NCBI GenBank assembly: GCA_032718475.1
Contig: JAUCBJ010006956.1
Span: 62,001-126,000, forward strand
Direction of reading: 5' to 3'
Source of the DNA: Nemertoderma westbladi
Taxonomy: Eukaryota > Animalia > Xenacoelomorpha
DNA length: 64,000 nucleotides
Part shown: positions 27,501 to 37,887 of the stretch, one piece after another
Numbering within the stretch: position 1 is the first letter of the stretch
How the letters are laid out: each line of letters opens with the position of its first letter
The notes under the pieces: generated by a model
The model's input: the letters and a program-made list of their open reading frames with translations, nothing else
Databases searched by the model: none
Told to the model about the DNA's origin: nothing
Position numbers and translations under genes: made by a program

Positions 27501-30500
27501 TCCCTATGAACCTCACCACCACCGGGTATCTGCCGTCACACCAACTCCCTATGAACCTCACCACCACCGGGTATCTGCCGTCACCCCAACTCCCTATGAA
27601 CCTCACCACCACCGGGTATCTACCGTCACCCCAACTCCCTATGAACCTCACCACCACCGGGTATCTGCCGTCACACCAACTCCATATGAACCTCACCACC
27701 ACCGGGTATCTGCCGTCACCCCAACTCCCTATGAACCTCACCACCACCGGGTATCTGTCGTCACCCCAACTCCATATGAACCTCACCATCGGGTATCTGC
27801 CGTCACCCCAACTCCCTATGAACCTCACCACCACCGGGTATCTGCCGTCACCCCAACTCCCTATAAACCTCACCACCACCGGGTATCTGCCGTCACACCA
27901 ACTCCATATGAACCTCACCACCACCGGGTATCTGCCGTCACCCCAACTCCCTATGAACCTCACCACCACCGGGTATCTGTCGTCACCCCAACTCCATATG
28001 AACCTCACCACCGGGTATCTGCCGTCACACCAACTCCCTATGAACCTCACCACCACCGGGTATCTGCCGTCACCCCAACTCCCTATGAACCTCACCACCA
28101 CCGGGTATCTGCCGTCACCCCAACTCCCTATGAACCTCACCACCGGGTATCTGCCGTCACCCCAACTCCCTATGAACCTCACCACCACCGGGTATCTGCC
28201 GTCACCCCAACTCCCTATGAACCTCACCACCACCGGGTATCTACCGTCACCCCAACTCCCTATGAACCTCACCACCGGGTATCTGTCGTCACCCCAACTC
28301 CATATGAACATCACCACCGGGTATCTGCCGTCACACCAACTCCCTATGAACCTCACCACCACCGGGTATCTGCCGTCACCCCAACTCCATATGAACCTCA
28401 CCACCACCGGGTATCTGCCGTCACCCCAACTCCCTATGAACCTCACCACCACCGGGTATCTGCCGTCACCCCAACTCCCTATGAACCTCACCACCACCGG
28501 GTATCTGCCGTCACCCCAACTCCATATGAACCTCACCACCACCGGGTATCTGCCGTCACCCCAACTCCCTATGAACCTCACCACCACCGGGTATCTGCCG
28601 TCACCCCAACTCCCTATGAACCTCACCACCGGGTATCTGCCGTCACCCCAACTCCCTATGAATCTCACCACCACCGGGTATCTGCCGTCACCCCAACTCC
28701 CTATGAACCTCACCACCACCGGGTATCTGCCGTCACCCCAACTCCCTATGAACCTCACCACCGGGTATCTGCCGTCACACCAACTCCCTATGAACCTCAC
28801 CACCACCGGGTATCTGCCGTCACCCCAACTCCATATGAACCTCACCACCACCGGGTATCTGCCGTCAAACCAACTCCCTATAAACCTCACCACACCACCG
28901 GGTATCTGCCGTCACCCCAACTCCCTATGAACCTCACCACCACCGGGTATCTGCCGTCACACCAACTCCCTATGAACCTCACCACCACCGGGTATCTGCC
29001 GTCACCCCAACTCCATATGAACCTCACCACCACCGGGTATCTGCCGTCAAACCAACTCCCTATAAACCTCACCACACCACCGGGTATCTGCCGTCACCCC
29101 AACTCCCTATGAACCTCACCACCACCGGGTATCTGCCGTCACCCCAACTCCCTATGAACCTCACCACCACCGGGTATCTGCCGTCAAACCAACTCCCTAT
29201 AAACCTCACCACACCACCGGGTATCTGCCGTCACCCCAACTCCCTATGAACCTCACCACCGGGTATCTGCCGTCAAACCAACTCCCTATAAACCTCACCA
29301 CACCACCGGGTATCTGCCGTCACCCCAACTCCCTATGAACCTCACCACCACCGGGTATCTGCCGTCACCCCAACTCCCTATGAACCTCACCACCACCGGG
29401 TATCTGCCGTCAAACCAACTCCCTATAAACCTCACCACACCACCGGGTATCTGCCGTCACCCCAACTCCCTATGAACCTCACCACCACCGGGTATCTGCC
29501 GTCAAACCAACTCCCTATAAACCTCACCACACCACCGGGTATCTGCCGTCACCCCAACTCCCTATGAACCTCACCACCGGGTATCTGCCGTCACACCAAC
29601 TCCCTATGAACCTCACCACCACCGGGTATCTGCCGTCACCCCAACTCCCTATGAACCTCACCACCACCGGGTATCTGCCGTCACCCCAACTCCCTATGAA
29701 CCTCACCACCACCGGGTATCTGCCGTCACCCCAACTCCATATGAACCTCACCACCACCGGGTATCTGCCGTCACCCCAACTCACCTGAACCATCCGGCCC
29801 AATGAAATCTGCAGTGGACCGAGATGTGCGCTGGCAATAAAAAGGAACAGAAGTCGCAGCATACTGAATATATTGGCCACGGCAAATAAACCGTCAGCGA
29901 TAATCAGAGGGTCGTCGCCGGACCAATACTTCCGCGGGAAATCGGGGTCGTGCCAACCCTACAAACGGTAAACCAAAACAGAAAGTAAATCGGGGTCGTG
30001 CCAACCCTACAAACAGTAAACCAAAACAGAAAGTAGATCGGGGTCGTGCCAACCTTATAAACGGTAAAGAAAAACAGAAGTAAATCGGGGTCGTGCCAAC
30101 CCTACAAACGGTAAACCAAAACAGAAAGTAAATCGGGGTCGTGCCAACCCTACAAACGGTAAACCAAAACAGAAAGTAAATCGGGGTCGTGCCAACCCTA
30201 CAAACGGTAAACCAAAACAGAAAGTAAATCGGGGTCGTGCCAACCCTACAAACGGTAAACCAAAACAGAAAGTAAATCGGGGTCGTGCCAACCCTACAAA
30301 CGGTAAACCAAAACAGAAAGTAAATCGGGGTCGTGCCAACCCTACAAACGGTAAACCAAAACAGAAAGTAAATCGGGGTCGTGCCAACCCTACAAACGGT
30401 AAACAAAAACAGAAAGTTAATCGGGGTCGTGCCAACCCTACAAACGGTAAACCAAAACAGAAAGTAAATCGGGGTCGTGCCAACCCTACAAACGGTAAAC

Positions 30501-33500
30501 AAAAACAGAAAGTAAATCGGGGTCGTGCCAACCCTACAAACGGTAAACAAAAACAGAAAGTTAATCGGGGTCGTGCCAACCCTACAAACGGTAAACAAAA
30601 ACAGAAAGTAAATCGGGGTCGTGCCAACCCTACAAACGGTAAACCAAAACAGAAAGTAAATCGGGGTCGTGCCAACCCTACAAACGGTAAACAAAAACAG
30701 AAAGTTAATCGGGGTCGTGCCAACCCTACAAACGGTAAACCAAAACAGAAAGTAAATCGGGGTCGTGCCAACCCTACAAACGGTAAACCAAAACAGAAAG
30801 TAAATCGGGGTCGTGCCAACCCTACAAACGGTAAACCAAAACAGAAAGTAAATCGGGGTCGTTCCAACCCTACAAACGGTAAACCAAAACAGAAAGTAAA
30901 TCGGGGTCGTGCCAACCCTACAAACGGTAAACCAAAACAGAAAGTAAATCGGGGTCGTGCCAACCCTACAAACGGTAAACCAAAACAGAAAGTAAATCGG
31001 GGTCGTGCCAACCCTACAAACGGTAAACCAAAACAGAAAGTAAATCGGGGTCGTGCCAACCCTACAAACGGTAAACAAAAACAGAAAGTAAATCGGGGTC
31101 GTGCCAACCCTACAAACGGTAAACAAAAACAGAAAGTAAATCGGGGTCGTGCCAACCCTACAAACGGTAAACAAAAACAGAAAGTAAATCGGGGTCGTGC
31201 CAACCCTACAAACGGTAAACAAAAACAGAAAGTAAATCGGGGTCGTGCCAACCCTACAAACGGTAAACAAAAACAGAAAGTAAATCGGGGTCGTGCCAAC
31301 CCTACAAACGGTAAACCAAAACAGAAAGTAAATCGGGGTCGTGCCAACCCTACAAACGGTAAACCAAAACAGAAAGTAAACAGTAAACATATAGATAGTT
31401 ACGGTAAACAAAGAGTAACTGTACCCTTGAAAAAGGTGAAATAAATGTAAGAAATTAATCAGGGTGGGTTAATAAAATAGCAAGAGACTTATCATGATGT
31501 ACATACATACATATGTACATATGAGTATAGTTTCTTCGTTTCTCGAAGGTCACGCGCGAAAATTGAACTTAGAAAATTTCTAGACTTGTTACGTTTAAAT
31601 ACGAATCTACAGATTTACAGACACAACGATCAATATAGTTGTACCCGTATTCTAAGCTTGCATACTGCCGTGGCTCGCCCCACATCAGCCACACCACACC
31701 TAATGCACCGGTTGGATCAGCCATGTAAATTCACAATTAATTTCCATTAAGAGATGTGCCCTTTATTAATCTTATAAGTATCTATATAGACCAATGTCTT
31801 TTAGCAGACCTTTCAGTAATGTAAATGGCTGACCGCCACTATTTCCTCTCGCAGCCGGTTCATAGATAAATAACACGCAGAGTCAGTTATATGATCAGTA
31901 ACACCGGAAGTCCAATTATGTAAATACAATTAATACATATTCCGCGGGTTACCGACGGTGAACCTACAAGTATGTCTCTACAATTCGGAAGGTTAAACCT
32001 TCCAATGTTTTGCCATATTCGGTACCGTTCCAAACAAAGTTTATTGCGTAGAATTGACACAACTTGCAATTCTATTTTACGTGAGATCTCGCGTATTTGT
32101 AGTATTAACTCAATATCACGTATTCTTTCTTAGGTATGATTTCAGTGACCTACTTACTCATACTCTGTGCTTGATTTGTTGTGTGCTTGTTTTACTCGTT
32201 TTTATGGGCTAAGGCCTGGATTAAAGGGAATAATAATAATAATAACATAAGAGTAGTGCCATGGTACTTACCTTGATGTAAACAATAGACCTTAGTGCTA
32301 TGGTGGCCAAATATAAGGAGTTCATGAAGAAATCTAAGAGATTCCACCAATCGGAAGTGTATTCTACAAATCCACTCTCCCAGACTTCTTTGATTTCCGA
32401 CCAAATCTTTCCTACAATATGTCACATAAACGGATAATAGAATACAGTAAATGGTATTATACAGCATATTGATAGTATATGTAACCTACAGCTACACGGG
32501 TAATACCATATTACTAATTAATAATTATTTACCATACGTGTTTAATATGGTAAACCTTTGAAATTATACAGGCTATATACTAAAACACATAACTTACAAT
32601 AGTATGCTCACATTTCCAAAAAATGTGTCTTTTTCTATATTATTCGAACTTCGCATTCTATTTATATGATGTGCACATACTGCATTTTCTTCTTCCACTT
32701 ACTTCATTCACGGTATAAATACCCTGTTTACTATATTTATTTATTTACTATTTATTTTTAGTCCAAATCCAAGTGAGGAAATCGAGCCATGCATCAAACT
32801 TAGGAATACTCAAATAATCACTAGAAGGAGACAAAGGTTAATCAGATTATTGGAGCGGGTTGCTTCTAGTGTTGGTCTTTTTGTTAAATCTTATAAAACT
32901 AAAATTTTGACAGTTTTAACTTCGACAGTTCGCAGGAAATGACTCATGATATGTTATGGGGCATATACACCAATGATGGTGTGCTTCGTGCTTGATCATG
33001 TTGATGACTTCTGCTGCTTGCGATCATGGATCCGGAAGTCCGGAAGTTCGACCTTCGAATGCGAATAGTCTGTCCAAGATTAAGTCACAAAATAGAACGG
33101 GTGAGGCGATGATAGTCTATGTGTACATTATATAAAATACTGTAGGATAGGTTTATTATGCCTAGGATATATTTTATAAACATTAAAAGTTTAACATGAA
33201 TAGAAAATAAAATGACACTCATTCATTCACACGAAATATTAACTAATTATGGAATCCATATAACTGGAACTTTAAACAATATTGGTTGCAGTGTGGGGTG
33301 TGGGAGGGGCGCGGAAGAAGAAAAATATCTATTCTAAACATATTTACTTAGATGTTAGTGCAAAGTTAAGTTAAAATTTAGTGTAAAGAAATAGAACAAA
33401 AGTGACAAGCAGTCACCGAAAGTAAACAGTTGCCAATTAAGTGCATAAAATCGAGTTCTCAGGTGAACATTTCAAAGGCATTCAAATGAACACGGAACAG

Positions 33501-36500
33501 AAACTAAGTGAACACGCAGTTCCGAGTGTCTAGGTTTCTTACCAATTACAAAACTCATAACAAAAAACTCCACGTAGGAAGGGAGAGTTTCGGCGTCGTG
33601 TTTGTCTCGATGCCCGAAGGTGGAGATAGTCGGGTCACTGGCCAATCCGAGACAGACGAGGAAAATAATGAACGCCGCATTGTGATTAACAAACTTAACA
33701 AAGGGACTCCGAAAAAACTCGCCCACCTAAATAGGAAACATTAAATTAATCTAGTGACGTTGTAACATAAGGATATAGTCTAGTAGACTTACCTATGACG
33801 AAAGATAACATAAACCATTCGAGAGGGTGTGGTCTGACGTAGCCGTGGTAACTTTGTCCGAAGGTGGATGATGTAGAGCTGCCAGTCACCAATACACACG
33901 TCAAAAAGATAAAGAAGCAGGCGTTGTGATTGAGAAATTTTACGAAGGGGCCGGTGAGAAAAACTCCTAACTGAAAGACATTGGGATTATGTTATTGTAT
34001 ATGTAGGACTAACTACAAGGACGCCTCATGGGTTTTAACAATGTCATGATCCTCGTGTGTATCTCCGTTCTCGTTTATTTTATATCTTTGCACTCGTTTA
34101 CTTTATATCTTTGCACTCGTTTACTTTATATCTTTGCACTCGTTTACTTGGCATCTTTGCACTCGTTTACTTTATATCTTTACACTCGTTTACTTTATAT
34201 AATTGCACTCGTTTACTTTATATCTTTGCACTCGTTTACGTTATATCTTTGCACTCGTTTACTTTATATCTTTGCACTCGTTTACTTGGCATCTTTGCAC
34301 TCGTTTACTTTATATCTTTACACTCGTTTACTTTATATAATTGCACTCGTTTACTTTATATCTTTACACTCGTTTTCTTTATATAATTGCACTCGTTTAC
34401 TATATATTTTTGTACTCGTTAAACATACCACTGGTGCTTACGCACTCGGTCGGCACACTTTAAGGTGCTATTTTACAGTTGTACAAAAGTATGTAAATAG
34501 TATAACATCACATTATATACTACATTTAGTTACCATGGTTTTCGGGGCTGCAAGGTACATAATCGCCGTAAAGGGGAGGGAACATAAACAAGCGAAAAGA
34601 ATTCCGAGTTTCATTGGTCCGTTTCCTCGTCTCCACCCGGGCATCCCCTCGTACCAAATACTGGCCAACAATTGCTGACAATTTGGATGAGCCACAAACT
34701 AAAAACATAACAGCAACGGATTAGATACATACAAATATTCAAATTAGATATTCTGGCGCCTAGAAGGATAATTGAGAAGTTATTAACAAATAAACACAGA
34801 CGTCTGGTTATTATCTTTGTTGACTTTATTAAACCCTTCGACTCATTCTCCCGACCATGTATAACATAATTGCAGCATTTGGGATTCCTAAGAAAATTAT
34901 AGCAGCTATCAGATCACTATACGATGGTTCCACCACATTTGTGTCTACTGCTGATGGTGACACAGATCCATTCGAAGTCTTATGAGGAATCCTTCAGGGT
35001 GACGCACTTGCACCATTCTTATTCTTAATTGTGGTTGATTATGTTCTACACATGTCCGTAGACCATCATAATAAACAAAACGTACCGCACGTTACGCAAA
35101 ACGTAACATAAGCTTAATGGATCAGATTGCTTCTAGTGTTGGTCTTTTTGTAAACTCCAAGAAGACCAAAATTATGACAGTCTTGACAGCCCTCCAGAAA
35201 TGTCTGATCGTAAGAGCATAATTTACAGGGATGACTTGCTTGAGCACGTGGATGACTTCTGCTACTTGGGATCATGGATCAGAAAGTCAGATGAAGAGAT
35301 TCGGATATGTAAGGGGAAGGCATGGGCTAGGCAGCGTTAGATAGTCTGTCCAGGATTTGGAAGTCGCATAGAATAAAACAGAATCTTAAGGTTCAATTAT
35401 TAAGGGCAGCAGTAGTACCAGTTCTCTTATGAGAGTCCATGCTGGGCTCTAACTGCAGAGGATACCAAATCTCTGGATGGCACTTTCACAAGCATGCTGG
35501 GCCAGGTTCATTGTATCAAGAACAATGAATACATCTCCAATCAGACACTATATACAACATTTGAGGTCCGCCTCCGCTTTGTAGGACATTTCTTTCGCCG
35601 CGAGGACCAGCCAGTGCATAATCTAGTGCTTTGGTGGCCTCATGAAGTGAATAAGCATGGTGGACATCACACGACTTTCTTGAGACACATCTTAAAGGAC
35701 ACTGGCCTAGAAGATGCGGATGATCTAACAAATATCATGGGTGATAGGGAATTGTGGTGGCGCATATTGTCGACAAACCGGCCGGACATTATTAATATAT
35801 ATGTAATGTATATAATGTATAGCTGCAATGCAGCATGCCGATATAGTTTAGTAGTAATTGCAGCTTTTTTCCAAGGATACTTCTTGATTACAAACAATAC
35901 AGTGTTACACACTAGTGGCGACATTCCTGGGTTTCCAATTAGGAAGCCCTGGTTCGATTCCTAGATGGGGTAGCACTGTTTGGGCACAGTGCTTTAAATG
36001 CTGCAGCCTAGCTCAACACATCCTTCATACTTTCATCCTTCAGTGCTCGATAAATGGGAATCAAGGCAACTTGGGAAATAGAGTGGAAGGGTTTACTGTG
36101 GAAGATCACCCGTGGTGGTGAACAGAGGCATTCCTAGGCTTAACGAGCCTAAAAGATTCTCCCATTAATTATAATAAAAATTATTAAATAAAATGCTAAA
36201 TGGAGTAGAATGATGAACAAGCTCTATTGATTTATATTAAACGTTTTACGTTTTTATAACCTAAAGATTTCAGGGTAGACCAAAGTTTTTTTTGAGGTGT
36301 CTCCTTTTAACTTATTTTATATATAAATCATAATAAGCTTTATTAACTTATCTTTGGACCAGGGTTCTAGACCTGCAGTAATTATTATAATCAGATAAAA
36401 CGCAAAAAGTTATTCCCTTTTTTCCCATGTAATACGTAATTTTATTCTTAAATTAGTACTTCTTTGTTGCTAAATTTTTTAATAAAAGAAAGAGCGATTA

Positions 36501-37687
36501 GTGTTACTAAATAAATTGAACTGCAGTAATTTAGTACTGCCGGTATATTGTTGCCATAGTTACTGTACAGTTGAAATTCCTTCACATTCACACTCTTCAA
36601 CTGCTGATGTAACAAAAAGTAACAATTTGAGAACAAAAATAATAATTCACATATTATGAACGTCAATGTTTCAACTAACATCTTTCTGTCGGTACTGAAT
36701 GGCGAGTTTAAGGCGACATAAGGCCATCTTTTTGTTTCCCTCCTGTTCCGATTGGTCCTCCTGGTCTTCGAGCTCAGACGGGTCGGTTGTCCGGTTCAAT
36801 AGAATTCGCAACTCCTTCGATCCCCGAGTTTGTCCCAATATGTCAACCGCAAACTTACTACACTGCGCCTCCAACTCTATATAATCGTTGCGAAATTCCG
36901 TTTCTATTTTACTGTAAATAAACAATTTCATTTTATACAATTTTAAACAATTTAAAGGTTTATAAGTTACCTATATACTGTATAAATACAGTAAATAATT
37001 CCGTTTCTAGGTTACCCACAGCAAATAATGAATTCAGTTTCTGTTTTTAACTCTATTTCGGTTTTCAAATTACCTATTGTGAATAAACAATTCAGTGTCT
37101 GTGTTGCTATCCGGGTTGGAAGTTCCAACCCGGAGGTCACCAGTTCGATCCCACCTGGACGTAATTGCAGACTTTGCAAAAGCTGTGCCCAACAAAAAGT
37201 TATAACTATTTCTTGTCTTACCTTAAGGTACGGAGTTCCCAACTCAACTCGAAGGCTGTTAAGACAGGATCGTCACTGGCGAGGCACATAAGGGAGGGAC
37301 AGGAGAGAGCGCGATAGGCATTGATACGGGTTCGGGAATGTCGCAATCCGTCGAACGTGGCACTGTGAACGCATTCGTAGCAACCGCACTAATAAATAAA
37401 TATATTATAAGCTGTTAGTAGAACTTCTTAATTATAAGATACGCAATAAATACTTATATATAAATGTATGTATAATAAGATCAATCGATAACTGGGTGTA
37501 TAAAACAATAATTACAATATAGTTATAGAATATAAGAAATGATTCACACCTTTACACTATGGGGTTTCACTATTGTGGCAGAACGTTGGATTAGAATTTT
37601 TACAATTTCGTAATTATTTTTATGGGCAGCGAGAATGATTGGCGTAATATCGGGAGTGAAGTCAGATTCCTTCTTGGCGCCCGGCAT
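4055..37687 (-). CDS. TRPC: TRPC-family cation channel (TRPC4/5/TRPgamma-like), multi-exon, 5' part (ANK1-3) not found in window
   Basis: Hand-spliced exons give ordered TRPC hallmarks: [13 protein letters not shown] (ANK4), H..C.C..C zinc site, [48 protein letters not shown] pore helix, LLNMLIAMM (S6), EWKFAR and [13 protein letters not shown] (TRP boxes), [18 protein letters not shown] (coiled coil). All junctions are GT-AG with compatible phases. Confidence 0.96.
4885..5130 (-). repeat. Coding 42-bp tandem repeat (14 aa, [14 protein letters not shown]), about 5-6 copies
   Basis: Repeated tttctttgctttatcatctaccttcactgctgtatcatctgc; visible in the ORF translation. Confidence 0.85.
6794..6914 (-). 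CDS. TRPC: TRPC exon (121 nt, [40 protein letters not shown])
   Basis: tacttctag acceptor and gtaatt donor; open frame; phase 0 in, phase 1 out, matching the terminal exon. Confidence 0.8.
7277..7291 (-). CDS. TRPC: Putative 15-nt TRPC microexon (QSIPS)
   Basis: ttttttatttctttttcag|CAATCAATTCCATCG|gtaagt: strong acceptor, consensus donor, frame-preserving. Confidence 0.6.
7555..8771. mobile_element. Non-autonomous DNA transposon (MITE-like) with about 25-bp TIRs and TA flanks
   Basis: Left end TGTAATTGGCACGTAACACTTTAAG, right end CTTAAAGTGTTACGTGCCGATTACA (one mismatch). TA at 7553-7554 and 8772-8773. No ORF. Confidence 0.75.
9198..11002. repeat. 58-bp minisatellite (about 31 copies) spanning a TRPC exon/intron donor junction
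   Basis: Minus-strand unit GCACACTCGGACAGAAACCAAACCGAAACGGAAG|GTAAGGAGTGAGTGACAGGATAAG = last 34 nt of exon 10969-11133 plus first 24 nt of the intron. Confidence 0.95.
10969..11133 (-). CDS. TRPC: TRPC exon (165 nt, [22 protein letters not shown]...KTKPKRK), end of coiled coil
   Basis: ttttattcag acceptor, AAG|gtaagg donor; DIS.FRYE is the conserved TRPC coiled-coil motif. Confidence 0.92.
11519..11617 (-). CDS. TRPC: TRPC coiled-coil exon, downstream copy ([33 protein letters not shown])
   Basis: 99 nt, cag acceptor and gt donor, phase 0/0; conserved RNLVKRY and TEDD.NEIKQ motifs. Confidence 0.9.
11911..12009 (-). CDS. TRPC: TRPC coiled-coil exon, upstream copy ([33 protein letters not shown])
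   Basis: 99 nt, aag acceptor and gt donor; same length and phase as 11519-11617 and paralogous to it. Confidence 0.8.
12163..12393 (-). CDS. TRPC: TRPC TRP-domain exon ([37 protein letters not shown]...KYQ)
   Basis: 231 nt; TRP box 1 EWKFAR and box 2 LPPPFN; gtttag acceptor, gtacgg donor. Confidence 0.97.
12430..16993. repeat. 52-bp minisatellite (about 87 copies; dimer of related 26-mers)
   Basis: Unit aactctaccttgctacaaagtacaat + aactcctccaagctatactctacagt; ends about 35 nt from the acceptor of the TRP-domain exon. Confidence 0.95.
17598..17826 (-). CDS. TRPC: TRPC pore-helix/filter/S6 exon, downstream copy ([21 protein letters not shown]...[25 protein letters not shown])
   Basis: 229 nt, tgtcttccag acceptor, gtatgt donor, phase 2 in and phase 0 out. 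Confidence 0.92.
18150..18270. repeat. 27-bp tandem repeat, about 4 copies
   Basis: accggctacaaaataagcaagcaatct repeated. Confidence 0.8.
19173..19407 (-). CDS. TRPC: TRPC pore-helix/filter/S6 exon, upstream copy ([21 protein letters not shown]...[25 protein letters not shown])
   Basis: 235 nt, ctctacacag acceptor, gttagt donor; phases identical to 17598-17826. Confidence 0.92.
19673..20005. repeat. 111-bp tandem repeat, 3 copies
   Basis: aactactttgccgaacttataaagtttcaacgg... recurs at about 19681, 19792 and 19903. Confidence 0.85.
20102..20268 (-). CDS. TRPC: TRPC S5 and turret exon ([25 protein letters not shown]...[16 protein letters not shown])
   Basis: 167 nt, phase 0 in and 2 out; the C.G..C pair corresponds to the TRPC4/5 extracellular CKGIRC disulfide. 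Confidence 0.95.
20440..24435. repeat. 24-bp minisatellite (about 165 copies)
   Basis: Unit actcaacttgcc(tg/ac)taccaaacat; degenerates toward 20440 and abuts the next array at about 24433. Confidence 0.95.
24433..29783. repeat. 42/45-bp minisatellite (about 120 copies) beginning at a TRPC donor site
   Basis: Unit ccccaactccctatgaacct(cac)2-3cgggtatctgccgtca; on the minus strand it starts inside the donor CAG|GTGAGTTGGGG. Confidence 0.95.
29785..29958 (-). CDS. TRPC: TRPC S3-S4 loop/S4/S4-S5 linker exon ([58 protein letters not shown])
   Basis: 174 nt, phase 0/0; conserved [12 protein letters not shown]. Confidence 0.96.
29940..31381. repeat. 48-bp minisatellite (about 30 copies) spanning a TRPC intron/exon acceptor junction
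   Basis: Minus-strand unit TACTTTCTGTTTTGGTTTACCGTTTGTAG|GGTTGGCACGACCCCGATT = polypyrimidine tract and AG plus the first 19 nt of exon 29785-29958. Confidence 0.95.
32272..32411 (-). CDS. TRPC: TRPC S2-S3 exon ([46 protein letters not shown])
   Basis: 140 nt, phase 1 in and 0 out; W.EIK..W and WWN.LDF.MNSLY motifs; gtaagt donor. Confidence 0.96.
32770..33100 (+). mobile_element. Degenerate RTE-clade LINE fragment
   Basis: Shares ttgcttctagtgttggtctttttgt and gatgacttctgct..ttg.gatcatggatc with the RT fragment at 35140-35290. Confidence 0.6.
33543..33726 (-). CDS. TRPC: TRPC S1 exon, downstream copy ([30 protein letters not shown]...[13 protein letters not shown])
   Basis: 184 nt, ttcctatttag acceptor, gtaaga donor, phase 0 in and 1 out; PFVKF motif. 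Confidence 0.92.
33793..33970 (-). CDS. TRPC: TRPC S1 exon, upstream copy ([30 protein letters not shown]...[13 protein letters not shown])
   Basis: 178 nt, tgtctttcag acceptor, gtaagt donor, same phases as 33543-33726; absent from the ORF track. Confidence 0.9.
34068..34420. repeat. 23-bp tandem repeat, about 15 copies
   Basis: ctcgtttactttatatctttgca repeated. Confidence 0.9.
34534..34698 (-). CDS. TRPC: TRPC pre-S1 exon ([24 protein letters not shown]...YLAAPKTM)
   Basis: 165 nt, phase 0/0; [11 protein letters not shown] motif. Confidence 0.96.
34740..35790 (+). mobile_element. Degenerate RTE-clade LINE reverse-transcriptase fragment
   Basis: Broken frames read [60 protein letters not shown]; contains stops, frameshifts and an internal deletion. 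Confidence 0.8.
35905..36150 (+). mobile_element. Possible degenerate tRNA-derived SINE
   Basis: B-box GGTTCGATTCC at about 35951, preceded by an A-box-like tagtggcg; no intact cloverleaf. Confidence 0.4.
36680..36911 (-). CDS. TRPC: TRPC linker-helix exon ([39 protein letters not shown]...[14 protein letters not shown])
   Basis: 232 nt, phase 2 in and 0 out; E.EF..DY and RLKLAI.Y.QK motifs. Confidence 0.95.
37222..37388 (-). CDS. TRPC: TRPC zinc-binding/TRP_2 exon ([55 protein letters not shown])
   Basis: 167 nt, phase 0 in and 2 out; gtaaga donor; absent from the ORF track. Confidence 0.96.
37550..37687 (-). CDS. TRPC: TRPC ankyrin-4 exon ([46 protein letters not shown])
   Basis: 138 nt; the strong ttcctttttcag acceptor indicates an internal exon. 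Confidence 0.95.
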
Positions 37688-37887
37688 CTGAAAAAGGAAC
37701 AAATCAGATATAATACTCGTTGGAGGAAATAAATTAAAAAGTAAACCGAAGAAGCTTTTTAAAGGCCAAATAATTATTGTATTTATTTCAAAATCATTAA
37801 GACGTGTGTGAAATCGAAGCATAAATCCCCCCCCCCCCCCATATTAAATAGCCTGTGAGATGAGCTCCAACATGAAATATAGAAGGA

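Noticed and set aside
24421-29112. 1563-aa and 1270-aa ORFs ([15 protein letters not shown] repeats) as a His-rich protein gene
   Set aside because: Products of a 42/45-bp minisatellite open in several frames on both strands, inside a TRPC intron, with no unique coding sequence.
29894-31411. 505-aa and 430-aa minus-strand repeat ORFs
   Set aside because: These are the two non-exon frames of the 48-bp array; the true exon frame has a stop in every unit.
35905-35970. Functional tRNA gene
   Set aside because: B-box present but no convincing cloverleaf; better explained as a SINE remnant.
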